From Oculina patagonica (lineage: Eukaryota): 64,000 nt of DNA. Where the stretch lies: positions 4,836,001 through 4,900,000 of the forward strand of contig NC_135767.1 in the NCBI RefSeq assembly GCF_052425735.1. The letters run 5' to 3'. Below the pieces are notes generated by a model, which made no database searches, had not been told where the DNA came from, and was given only the letters and a program-made list of their open reading frames with translations. The translations under genes were made by a program, and so were the position numbers. Below are positions 13,001-24,452 of the stretch, one piece after another (the stretch's first letter is position 1; each line of letters starts with the position of its first letter).

Positions 13001-16000
13001 TCAAAGTGCAGGTTCGGTTTAATTTGTTCTTAAAATTCCTCTTGGGTAATAGACTTTATACTGAGATAATCCAAGGAGTGGTACAGTAGATGATCAGTAT
13101 TAGGGGTTAGATACACGGTATATTGCCTAAAAGTAGAAGAAATAAACTCCTGAAAATAAAACAGCGAAAAAAAGACAAACTATAAAACGATCGTTCTCTT
13201 TGCAGGCGTATTCCGAGAAGGCCACTGTATCAACAACGATCGGTCCAACTCAGGTACGAGCTTCAAAGCCTATGTATATATTTGAGCATTCAGTGACGTG
13301 CCTTTCTGCTCCATGGCGAAACACAAGCTTGGGTTTTTCGTTCCTCGCCGACAATAGCTTGGTTTGCTCGCCGACTTCGCCGCTCTTGCCAGTGTGACCC
13401 AAAGTGAGCCTGCTCGCAAGCTTAAGGTGATTCCACTGAAATAGAAGGAGTATTAAAAATTTTCTGAAACTTGGTCCAGGTTACAATTATGTTATGCGAA
13501 TTAAAAAATTAAAATAAAAAATGGGGGTCACTGCGCTAGTTTTTGTGTAAAATGGATGGGCATTATAGTAAATATACGACCCGCGAGGTAGATATTAGGA
13601 ACCCTAGTAACTCGAATGGGAAACTATTGTTTCAAGAAAAAAATCATTTTTGCATTAAAGCATTAGTCTATTTCAACAAAATAGACTTTGATCTTATATT
13701 AAAAACTATTCTTATTGTACAGGAATTAAGATAACGAAAGAAATTAAAGATTTTGCTTTGTGCGCACGCTAACAGCACTACCTAAAAACGTGTTTTTTAC
13801 GTCATTAAAATTAAAATATCTCAATGTAGAATTTTAAACTTTTCTTTAAATCGCGTTATATTGTAGACAACCGTATGACATTTAAATTAATGCATCAAAA
13901 ATGGGGGTCACCGTGCTCGTTTAAGAGAAAACGATCATTTATTTCTCTACCGAGCGTAGGCTGAAAGGAATCTCGTAGTGTTCTGTGTGCGCGCGCGCTC
14001 GTGCGCGCGCTAAATGACGCGAAAACGTATGCGCAGCAAGGATGCGCAATGCAATTCCGTGGAATCACCTTAAGCTACACCGAGAATAGAAGATATTTTA
14101 CCAAACGCTGTACGAGTGATTGTCTCATAGTAAAAGGAGCAATGTACTTTAAAAATGGAGCTACAACTTTTTAACTTTAAGAAAAAAGTTCTTATGAATA
14201 TTTCGTTTGTTGTCGGCTGCAGTCGTCGCAGTTCGTGCATACTCTTTAAATAAATACATAATTAATAATTGCAAGGGTTCTGAGCGACCTTAAGTGAGTA
14301 AAACTGTAAAAGTTTCGTTTGCACAGGCATCGCCGTTCTTCGAAACTGCTCTTTTTACGGTCTCTTGATCATACTACTAGTTTAGTGATGGACGTTCATG
14401 ATGTTTTTTGTTCTCAGGCCATCACTCAACCCAGCTCAGGAAGAAGACAGAAGAATGAAGACGACAGCTCATCCTCGCCGCTGGGTATCATAGCAGGCGT
14501 GACTGTTTCTATCACACTCGTACTGGTGGTAATTGCTGCTCTTTTCATCTATCGACGTCGGAAATCCAGGTACCATGCATTTGGATAAATGTGAATACTG
14601 TACATTGTCCATAAACAGCATATTGTATAACTACATATTTATTACCGGACCATATGCATGCAGAAGACTTTAATCAAACCTAATGCTCCGCACACTCAGT
14701 ACTTAACATACTTAAAAATGAAATAGGCAAGGTGTAAGTTTTCAAGTGATGTGCAGATCAAAAACGTTTTAACAGAGTTGCTTTCTTATAGTATATCTCT
14801 CAAAACAGGCTTTTATGCCTTTTATAAGATACCCGGATTCAAGCTCTCCCAGTTAGTTCACCAAAGTACTAGTTCTAGAAGCCCATACTGAAGACCAGGG
14901 CTTATAACTGGATTTTACAGTATGCGATTATTTGGTGTATGTCCACGCACCCTTCGATTTCGATCAGTTTTTTTTTTTAATTTTCTTTTTACAAAGTACT
15001 TAAATCGATTTGTTACTGTTCACAGAAAAGATGGTCATAAGAGTACCTCTGGCCACACCAACAAGGTAATAAATAATATTTTAAGCGAATACAATTATCT
15101 CTTCTATAAATCATGACGGATTTTCACTCACATGTCCAACATCCATGCAAATTTATTGGAAGAAAAAGAAGCGGTTACATAAGAAAAGACTTCAAATCCC
15201 ACAGGATTGGCTTAGTGCACCAACATGGCCGCTGTGAAGTCACGTGAAAACCCTCCATAACAGTCTACGCTTTATTGAGCATGCAATGTATATTTTTAGA
15301 ACTCTTCGTGGATCAAGCAAATGTGTATAATTGCGTGAAAAAAAGTCTTAGTAAACATGGCTTTGAACCGTACTTTGTCTTAGGTTGCGACTCGCAAGTC
15401 CCTAAAATAAAAATACAACATGCGAGCTCGTTTTAATCCAATCAGCTGTCGATAGCGTCAGGTGACCAAAATAGTAAACCAAAAAGCTCTTAAGAGTGAC
15501 TTTTACGAACGGCCGAGCAAGAATTTGATTTCCTGGCAGAAATTGGATAATCGATTTTTCTTCGTTTTTTGCTCATTATTAGCTTTAAGGTAAATAAGAA
15601 ACCTGATGTAGTTTGTTTCCCCTAGAGATCTTCTAATTTTGAGAAAACAAAGAAAATCGATTTCGGTGGTCGAAGTCACAAATTTCCTAACTTTTAAACC
15701 CGAAATTAGCTATTATGAACACTCCTCGCGTTCGCTTACAAAACCGCGCAGAGAAATTTGGTCACTTCCTATCTACATAAAAACTCTTTTTCTTTCGCTA
15801 GAATATAATTTCAGGGCTTTATCGCAACTCTTCCAACTGAAAAAAATGAACTGACGAGGAATGCTTTTTACGATAACAAAAATTTGAATGAAATAGTAAT
15901 TTTCAACGGCAGTATTTAGCATGTGGTATAACATTAAATTTTTTCAATTCTCGCTCAAACATGCATACAGATATTCTTAGTAAACATACCTGAGAATTGG

Positions 16001-19000
16001 CTCGGGTTATTGGAAAGATTCTCACTTAGAGGGCATCAAACTTCGGCAAATTTTCACAGCATGACCGTAAACTGTGTAAACACTTCTAATTGCCAAACGC
16101 CACGATAATGAATGTTTTAACCCCAAATGCTCGTCTTTCCTTCTTCTTGCCGAATGTTCCATTGCAAAATTCCCTTTTCAACGAAAGAGTGAGATAAAAA
16201 AGCCAACCTGGGTCAATTAAGGTCCATTTTGATCGCAAAACCTCTTCGCCATTTTGCCACAAGATTAGAAGTTTGTGACTTACGTGACATAATACACGTG
16301 ACATGAAACACGATATTGTGACGTAAGTGAGTCTGCGCAGTAAGAGCTCTGGGGTCGAGAATGTCACGGAGTTAAAATAACGCAAAACAATTCTCCAGCA
16401 CCGACAACGCAGTTTGAGGAAGCAAATTGATCGTTCTGGCGTTCTGTACACACTTTCGTCAAGAAAAAAGAACCACGATAAAGGAAAATTGCTAAGGATG
16501 AAGATGCAAAAGGAATTTCGTGCTTAACAGTTGCTTTGTTGCATTTTGGAGCCAAGAAATGTTTAGCTGTAAGTTAGGCTATTTTGATCGATATCACAAC
16601 ATTTTGTGGGACTTCGATGCATTGATAAATATGCTGCCTTCAACAACCCAAGCCAATTCTCAGGTATGTCTTAGATAAACATTTACATGTGTGTTTAAAC
16701 GACAATTGAGAAAATTTGGAGTTATACCACATAATAAATAATTCCGTTGAAAACTGCCGTTTAATTCGACTTTCTAGTATCGTGAAAAGTATTCCCCACC
16801 TTTTTAATTATTTCAGTTCGAAGAGTTTTGCTTAAGCCCTGAAATTATATTTTAGCGAATGGAAAAGAGTTTCTCTGTTGATAGAAAGCATCCAAAGTTT
16901 TCAATGTGGCTTTGTTTGTGAACGCGACGAGAGTTAACAATAGCGAATTTCGGGTTGAAAATTGTGTCACTTTGAGGCTCCGATCACGAAAACTGACTTT
17001 GGTTTTTTTCTCGAAATTAGAAGACTTCTGGGGGGAACAAAATACATCAGGTTTCTTATCTACCTAAAAGCTATTAATGAGCAAAATAATGAAGGAATTT
17101 GATATTTCAATTTTCTGCCAGTGCAAGCGCGGTTTTTATTTGAAGTCCTTCTTAAGTCCAAGATGATTTTTTTCATCCAATTAAGAGCAACCACAACTAA
17201 ATGTCATGGCAGACCCCTCTCATTTGCTGGGAGGGAAGGCTCTTGCAACAAGATCGCGCGCATTGAAAAGAAAGGATAGCATGATGGTACAGGTAAAGCT
17301 TTAAAGTTGGACTCTTACCAGTTATGTCCGTTTTTCCCAAACTGCCGAGTTAGTAAGAAAACCAAAATACTTTTTTTAGACCTGTATGTTTCAGTTCACT
17401 ATGTTTATTAAAAGTTCTCCGTGTTTGCTCTGTTGCAAAAATGACTAATTCTTTTTTACATTGTGTAACTAGAATACAGTGACAAGCAAACCGAAGACAA
17501 ACTCAGCGTTTAAGCTGGAAGAACAGAATGGATTCGTCAAAAACAACGGCATGGAACCGTTTGAATGTAGGCATACATAAATAAACTTGTTTTTATAACA
17601 GCTTTTAAAACCAATTTCTTATTTAAGTTTAAATATGTGATCCAGTCAAACCGCTTTTTAGGCGATCTTTGATTGCGCTGTGTAGGCATAATAATGCAAA
17701 AACAAATAAATGTATTTATTGGTAACTTCACTACTTTTTAGGAAAATGAGTGCCATAATATCGATATCAGGAGCTTTAATTAAGCATGTGCAATCTCGTT
17801 AAGTTATCCGATCCAATCAAACCGCCTTCTTTTTTTGATCGCGCCGCGCAGGCGCGCACATTTATGTAAAAACAAAAGTACTTATTGACTGACTTCCCTT
17901 TTTCTTAGAAAAATCAATGTCTCATTATATAAAGAAATTTAATTAAGCATGTGCAGTTTCGACAAGTTTTTCGATTCGCATCAAAAAGAATCATACTCTA
18001 TGTCATATTCAAAGTCTAGTCTCCCTCGTAACTGTTATTAGCGTGATGACCCCCAAAACGGCTGCGAATAAGACTAGGCTTAGTCGCTTCATACAACATG
18101 TGCATAAACTGAACGCGCGAAGTAAAGCGCCAACGTGCACGTACATCAATCCTTAGCCCGGATATTACCTTTTTTTAAAGGAAAAAGTCTTTCTATCGCT
18201 TGATAGTCTTTGCTTTAATTATATACCTCAATAATTCTACAAGAGGTATTTTAATTTATACCCTGTTATTTTTTCAGCAATTTATGCTCCAAACTATGAT
18301 GCACCTCAGCAGCAGGTTCGACATGGAACATTACGTAACCAGCATACCACGTCATCGGAGGAAAACTCTCAATCAGGCGGTTTATACGCTGTGCACAATA
18401 TTCCGGACGGACACACTATCTTTGGGCCCAGAGACAGTCAGGAGGAAATGTCCCAGAATAAAGGCCTTAGTGGTATAGACCAACCTGTGTACAATATCCT
18501 GGAGGACCTATCAGTAAAGAACTCCAAGGAAACTGTCAATAATGGCTCCAATGCACCAGAACCAGTGTACAACGTTTTGGAGGAACCTTATGAAGAAGGC
18601 TCAGAGGGACCAGCATGGTATGGTTCTGTACCTGTGGAGGGCCCAGTTTACAACACTTCGGAGGAACCTTATGCAGAAGGCTCAGAAGGACCAGCATGGT
18701 ATGGCTCTGTACCTGTGGACGGCCCAGTGTACAACACTTTGGAAGAGCCTAATCAATACACTGATTATCCAAGTACAAATGAGCCGGTTTATAATGTTCT
18801 CGAGGTAACCGACCATGGCGGTGCAGGAGAGGCTGATAGTTGTGGTCCCTCGGGTGTCCAAGACCCAGTGTATAACGTTCTGGAGGGTCCTGATCCTGAT
18901 AAATCAAGTGGAGATGGCCTGTATTTAAACAGGTTAGAGGCACGAGACCCTGGAAGTTGTAACAACATCCCAGTGTACGCAGTGGTCAATAAGAAAAAGA

Positions 19001-19005
19001 AGTGA
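7729..19005 (+). CDS. Receptor paralog B, complete, 10 exons, about 628 aa
   Basis: Exons 7729-8059, 11062-11303, 12005-12125, 12228-12313, 12892-12936, 13206-13253, 14418-14569 (TM), 15026-15065, 17473-17566 and 18278-19005. All junctions are GT-AG and splice into one open 1887-nt frame. Hydrophobic N-terminus, Cys-rich ectodomain, S/T stalk, six PVYN motifs and terminal IPVYAVVNKKKK. Confidence 0.88.
13426..14069. mobile_element. TTAA-flanked MITE (Kolobok-like)
   Basis: TIR GGTGATTCCAC...GTGGAATCACC with TTAA on both sides; absent from the equivalent intron of C. Confidence 0.75.
15494..17151. mobile_element. Non-autonomous TTAA-flanked DNA transposon (Kolobok-like) with long degenerate inverted arms
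   Basis: TTAA duplication; empty site AAGCTCTTAAGTCCAAGATG in gene C (~31276-31295); ~15530-16030 is an imperfect inverted copy of ~16640-17120. Confidence 0.75.
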
Positions 19006-19723
19006 AACGCAAAGTACATCTTGAAAGGAACATGCTTCCATCTATATTAAGCGGGAACAGCTTTATGTCACAAATGTACCGAATTAACTTAAATCAAAGG
19101 AAACCAAGCATAAGATAATAGTTCACTAATACCCCATTCACACCAAAGCTAAAACACATTAGTATATACCACACAAGTGAATAGTGCTTTTCGCGCGCGT
19201 TGATTGGTTAACTCGGAGGTGATTAGACAAGTACTATTCACGTCCGAGCAGCTAAAGAGAAACAAACTGCCTTCGCGCGTCGCTTTGTTTACCAAAATTG
19301 ATGTTTCGGTCTGCTAGTTATTCAACTTGTGTGGTATATACTAAAACAATTATTCACGTCAGTGTCGGTGAATTACCTCGCCGCTCGGTAAATATCCACC
19401 ACTATTCACCTCCACTTCGGTGAACAATTTTTATTTAAAAACTGTTTCATTGAGGTTGCTAATTGATGTTTGTCAACTTTAAATTTAGCACAATGAAAGT
19501 AGAAGTTAGATCTATGAAAAAATCAGTCTCTCAGTTTTCTCTCAAACCTGAAATCATGACCTTAAAACTACCACTTCAGCGCAACTTTTTTCAAGATATT
19601 TGGACTGGGAGCCCAAGCAAGAACTACCAGCTTTACAGCTTAATCGAAAAGGATGCCGACAGATTTTATCACCTCTGTCAATGCAAAGGCCTACGACGTG
19701 ATTCTTGTCTCAAAAACTCCTTT

Positions 19724-20136
19724 GGCCATCCCAATAAAATGTTTCGTTTCCCATCGCCCCGTCTCTTGTGATGGTGGGTCGGTCGGTCGGGGAAAAAATA
19801 AAAAAATAAAAAAGAATAAACACTTCAAGGGTTCTGGGTTCTAGAGAAGCCCGGGCTGTTTAGTAAGGAAGCCTGATTACAAAGTCAACTCAAAAACGTG
19901 GTCTTTTCGTTCGTTATTCCTTAATAGTCTATAAATAACGTAGTGTCAATAAATAACGATGTTTATTAAAGACAAAGACATCACATCATACCAACTGTTG
20001 TTAATAAAACAAGATCATGTGTTTGTAAATTGAAGTTCTTGCTTCTTTGACGAGTGAATCTAGCATTTTCTTTTTGACTTTTCGAAAAAATGGGTCGGTC
20101 GGGCGATGGGAAACGAAACATTTTATTGGGATGGCC
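19724..20136. mobile_element. MITE with ~36-bp perfect TIR
   Basis: GGCCATCCCAATAAAATGTTTCGTTTCCCATCGCCC and its reverse complement at the ends; absent from the paralogous flank at ~6060. Confidence 0.75.
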
Positions 20137-21384
20137 TTTTGAATTCTCCTTTCTTCTTGACAAAAATGAAAATGAAATTTTATCAAATCATCTCATGCTT
20201 CATGTCCAGCACGTAGGCAAGTCTCAGTCGGAAGTGGACTGATCGAGTGTTTTATGTCTTTTATCTGGTCGAGTACAGTGTGTCTGAAATCACGCTTTGT
20301 CCTTGGACATATGAACTCAGTATCTTTTGCAGTTTTTGTCTTCGAGACCTTGTGAAATGAAGAGAGCACAAATTAAATGTTAAATTTTCTTTGGAGACTG
20401 AAGATAAATTCTGCCTAATTATTCTCTTCACGTGTTAATGTAAATCTACAATTACTGTTGAAATGTCATTAACTCCAAGAACAGCAAGCGCGTTTTCATG
20501 TTTTTGTGTCATCTTTACTCACAAAATACTTGCGGGCGTTCAGGGATGAAACGTCATCATTTCCCAACGATTCCATGCGGTTCTGCACAAGCAAATCGAG
20601 ATTTTATTTGGTATATTAGAACTTATATTCTGACTGTAAGTACTTTTTTTATATACGCGCAACCTTCAATGATTGCCTCCTTGGGCTTTCACCTTTTGGG
20701 CAAAAGCCCTGCGGGGACAAAAAGACGTTTTACACAGGTCACGAAAAAAGTATAATTCAACTTTTCTTCTTACAAAAAGCTTTAATGTATAAATATTGTG
20801 ATTGAAAATTTAAAGCTGTTAAGTATGGAACCACTATTGTTATTGAATGCCCGAATGCTAATTGCTGTGCATTTATAGACCTTTATAGCCTTAGGCATGT
20901 CCAAGAGTTATATATCATGCTTGCGGCTTTCTGTAGAATGTACTTTACATCACAAACAACTCTCCGAAGAGCGATATTGCTAATAAAATATCCTTGTACC
21001 CTCTGAGAAATGTGCAAGAAACGAATTACTCGAGCTCATTTGAGTAAATCTATGCCAAAAATAGTTATCGGTAAATAAATCACTACTTGTCATTTATCTT
21101 GCGGAAATTAATCGTAATATTGAATGTTTCGAAAATATTATTGGAACAAAGAATATTACTCAAGCACAATAAGTGAACAAAAACAGTGACGTTTCGAACT
21201 CTGAGTTGTCGGCTGTAATTTTAAGCGATAAGATGTCAGTTTGAATAGTTAGGCGACAAGGTGAACCGACTCAATTGAAAGCCGAGTGCCCTCCTTCCTT
21301 GATAACAGCTTTACCAGCTCTGGATACTAACGGCCAGCCCGGAAAGCTCATATGATATCAAGCCTCCGTCTTTGTATTGGAGAC

Positions 21385-24300
21385 ATGAAGATATCACTCA
21401 CGAAGGTCTTGATAACGCTCTTACTTTACATCGACGTAACGTTCCCAGAAAGAATTAAAATTACCAGGTCTATACCAGAAAGGGATCCTGAATACTGGGA
21501 AGACGTTGTAGATTCGTTTCACTTACCTCAGTCAGTATGTCATGACGAAAGCAGAGGAGATGGAAATTCCTGCGATAGATCTTGCGAAATTAAACAAGGC
21601 GCAGTGGCAGGAAGTGAAGTTCCTTACTCGTGCCGCTGTTCTGAGAAAAGCGCCACAGTAACGTATTTGAACAACAAATGGAGATGCCTGGAAAATAAAG
21701 TGGCGCGGACCCAACTTGGTGAGATTTTTGTTTTATTTGTAGGTACATGCACAAACACACATCCTCATAGTACTAGTGCCTCTGTTGAACACAAAGCCTT
21801 CGCGAGACTGCGCCAGGCCAAACTGACTCGCGTTTACTTACTTCCAATGTCATGTTCATTCAGCTCACTTAGGATCATTGTCCTTTCATTCTCGGAAGGA
21901 TAAGAGCGTAGATGGATGATATTCCATTACTGACATGATCGTGAAATGATACTGATAACGAAAGTCTTGGGGAACTTGTTTGCTTTAGTAATTACTTAAA
22001 AATCTTTATTACGCTGAAAGCGAAATTTATCGCACTGCCGTGCGGAAGTTCATATGTTCTGTAACATGCAGCTGAATGTATGCCTCGTATTGACACTTCA
22101 TTTATTTTGTATTTGTTAAGTCATCACAACCAAGACTGACTGAAAGCCATTATACATGAATATGTCCTTCGGTATGTTGAAAACCCCGGAAACTGAAATT
22201 AGAAGTTATGTTAAAAGTAGTCTGACAGTTTCGTACGTGGTAAAATCAGGATCTTTGCTTATGTCTCTCCACTGATACCGATGCTAGGTTGAAAATATAG
22301 TTCAGAATTTACCAGCGATTTTTCTAGCCATGTCAACGACTTAAAAACTATTTTGAAAACTTATTAAGCTCATAGTTGCTGAACTAATCTTTCTGCGGAT
22401 AACGTTGGCCAATCTTTCACTTACTGACCAGGTCCTGGACAAATTCAAGGTTCAAACGAATTTTCTTAAGCTTAAAGTGGCAGCACCGTATTTCGTAAGA
22501 TCGTCCGATCGACTTGTGAAATATTTCCGAAGGAATTGAAGACAGCTAAAGCCTTTATTGTATTCAAAACGTAGAAGGGTAATGATCCGTATAATCACAG
22601 TAGGGGGCAATATCTGTTCTATCAAATGCGTCATTGATAGCATAGTTATCTCTGGAAGTAATATTAAGGCAACGGTATGAAAAACATACACTGGGGTCAG
22701 CTATAAACTAAGAGGAATATATAATGACATATGATCGGGATGTACAGGCTGTGCGTCAGAAGATTTGGCCAATCTAGCTCTATGTAAACAATAGCCCTTA
22801 CGACAAAAAATAGATGATTTTGGGATGGGATGATTTTGGGATGATTTTAGTTTAAGAAAATTCGAACATAATTATTGGCTGCGGTCACATCTACGTAACT
22901 AAAGTTTAACTATAGTTAGAGCTTTCGGTCGACTTTTCGGTCACACCAATGCAGTTAACTACGGTTTACGGTCGTTTCGAGACAAAGTCGTTTCGAGACA
23001 AGTCGAGGTCGATTCGAAACACATGTAAAGTCGATTTGAGACAAACTGAAATTGTTTCGATTCAGAGGAAAACTCGAGAAAAGTTCAGTATGACTGTTAT
23101 AGTTTGGTAATTTTTGTTATCTCTGTAAAATAAACTAAAAATCGCGGAAGCGACTTCATCGATCGACGTAAATAAAATCTGCGCGGAGGCCATTGTGATA
23201 AGTTGTAATAACTTGTAACTCGGTAACTCTTGTTAACAGTCGTGATGTGATTTGTGTTTCTTGATCGTTGGCATAATTCTAAAGTTATAGAGGAAGTCTC
23301 AAAAATATATTGAGACAAACCCTTTTGTAAATAAACATGACCAAAACTCGGTCTCGTTTGTGTGTTTGTTTGGTTTTTTTACAACGGAGGTTTATGTTCG
23401 CTCGAGCAAGTGTCTTCGAAGGTTTGTTTGGTCATTGATATAGGTTTACCTTAATATATAGTAAAGTATTTTGTATATTTAAAGGACTTCAAGCAATGGA
23501 GCTTGTCTTGAATCGACTTTACAATATGTGTCTTGAATCGACCTCGACTTGTCTTGAAACGACTTTGTCTCGAAACGACCAGATACCTTAACTACAGTTA
23601 GTTAACTACAGTTAGTTCTGATTAGCCTTTGGATAATTTCGAATTAAAATTAGTTCATGACAGCCCTTGTTGTTGATCCTAGTTTTGTACGGCAACTCGG
23701 CGTCGTAGAAAAAAAAACTACATAAGGGAAAACTTCTAACGGATGTTAGACGCCAAAGAATTCAAGCTTTATTTTTGCTCACGTTGGTTATATGTAATTT
23801 CTTGACATGCTGTTTTCCTTTTTTCCTTCGCTTCATGCTTTATTTTGAGAATTTGTGTTCATCTCGCACATGCGGAAAGAATTGTCACATTTTGATTGGT
23901 TGTTCATTTGTAAACTTAACTTTAGTTAGTCTGCATTGTTTTGGATCACCGAGGCGTAAATTTTCTAACTATAGTCAGGGTGAACAGAGAAGCGGTCACA
24001 TTATCAAAATAGCTAACTATCACGGTTATCCCTGTCTTGACTATAGTAAGTAGCCTTGATGTGACCGCAGCCATTGTATGTCAGTGGGACCACTCAAACC
24101 TTTCGCGGTCTAGCTGGCTGACAAGCTGACTTTATTCAAAATTAACGTGGTTCCCCTGTATTTAAATGTTGCACAGAGTGCTCTCACCGTTGATCGTTGT
24201 GTATCAGTGGCGTATTATTTTGTTGCTATATATCAGTGGCTATATTTTCTAATAGCCAATTGTAAGTAGTGTAGGTTTCGTTTTTAATTTTCTAAAGATT

Positions 24301-24387
24301 GTAATATGTTCTTATTTTTGTATCTATTGTAATGTTTGTAATGCGCATTTGATTATTTTATAGAAAATGCGCAATATAAATATTAAA

Positions 24388-24452
<65 letters not shown>

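Noticed and set aside
18480-18890. Calling PVYNVL a canonical ITIM or Grb2 site
   Set aside because: Position Y-2 is Pro rather than S/I/V/L, and Asn is at Y+1 rather than Y+2.
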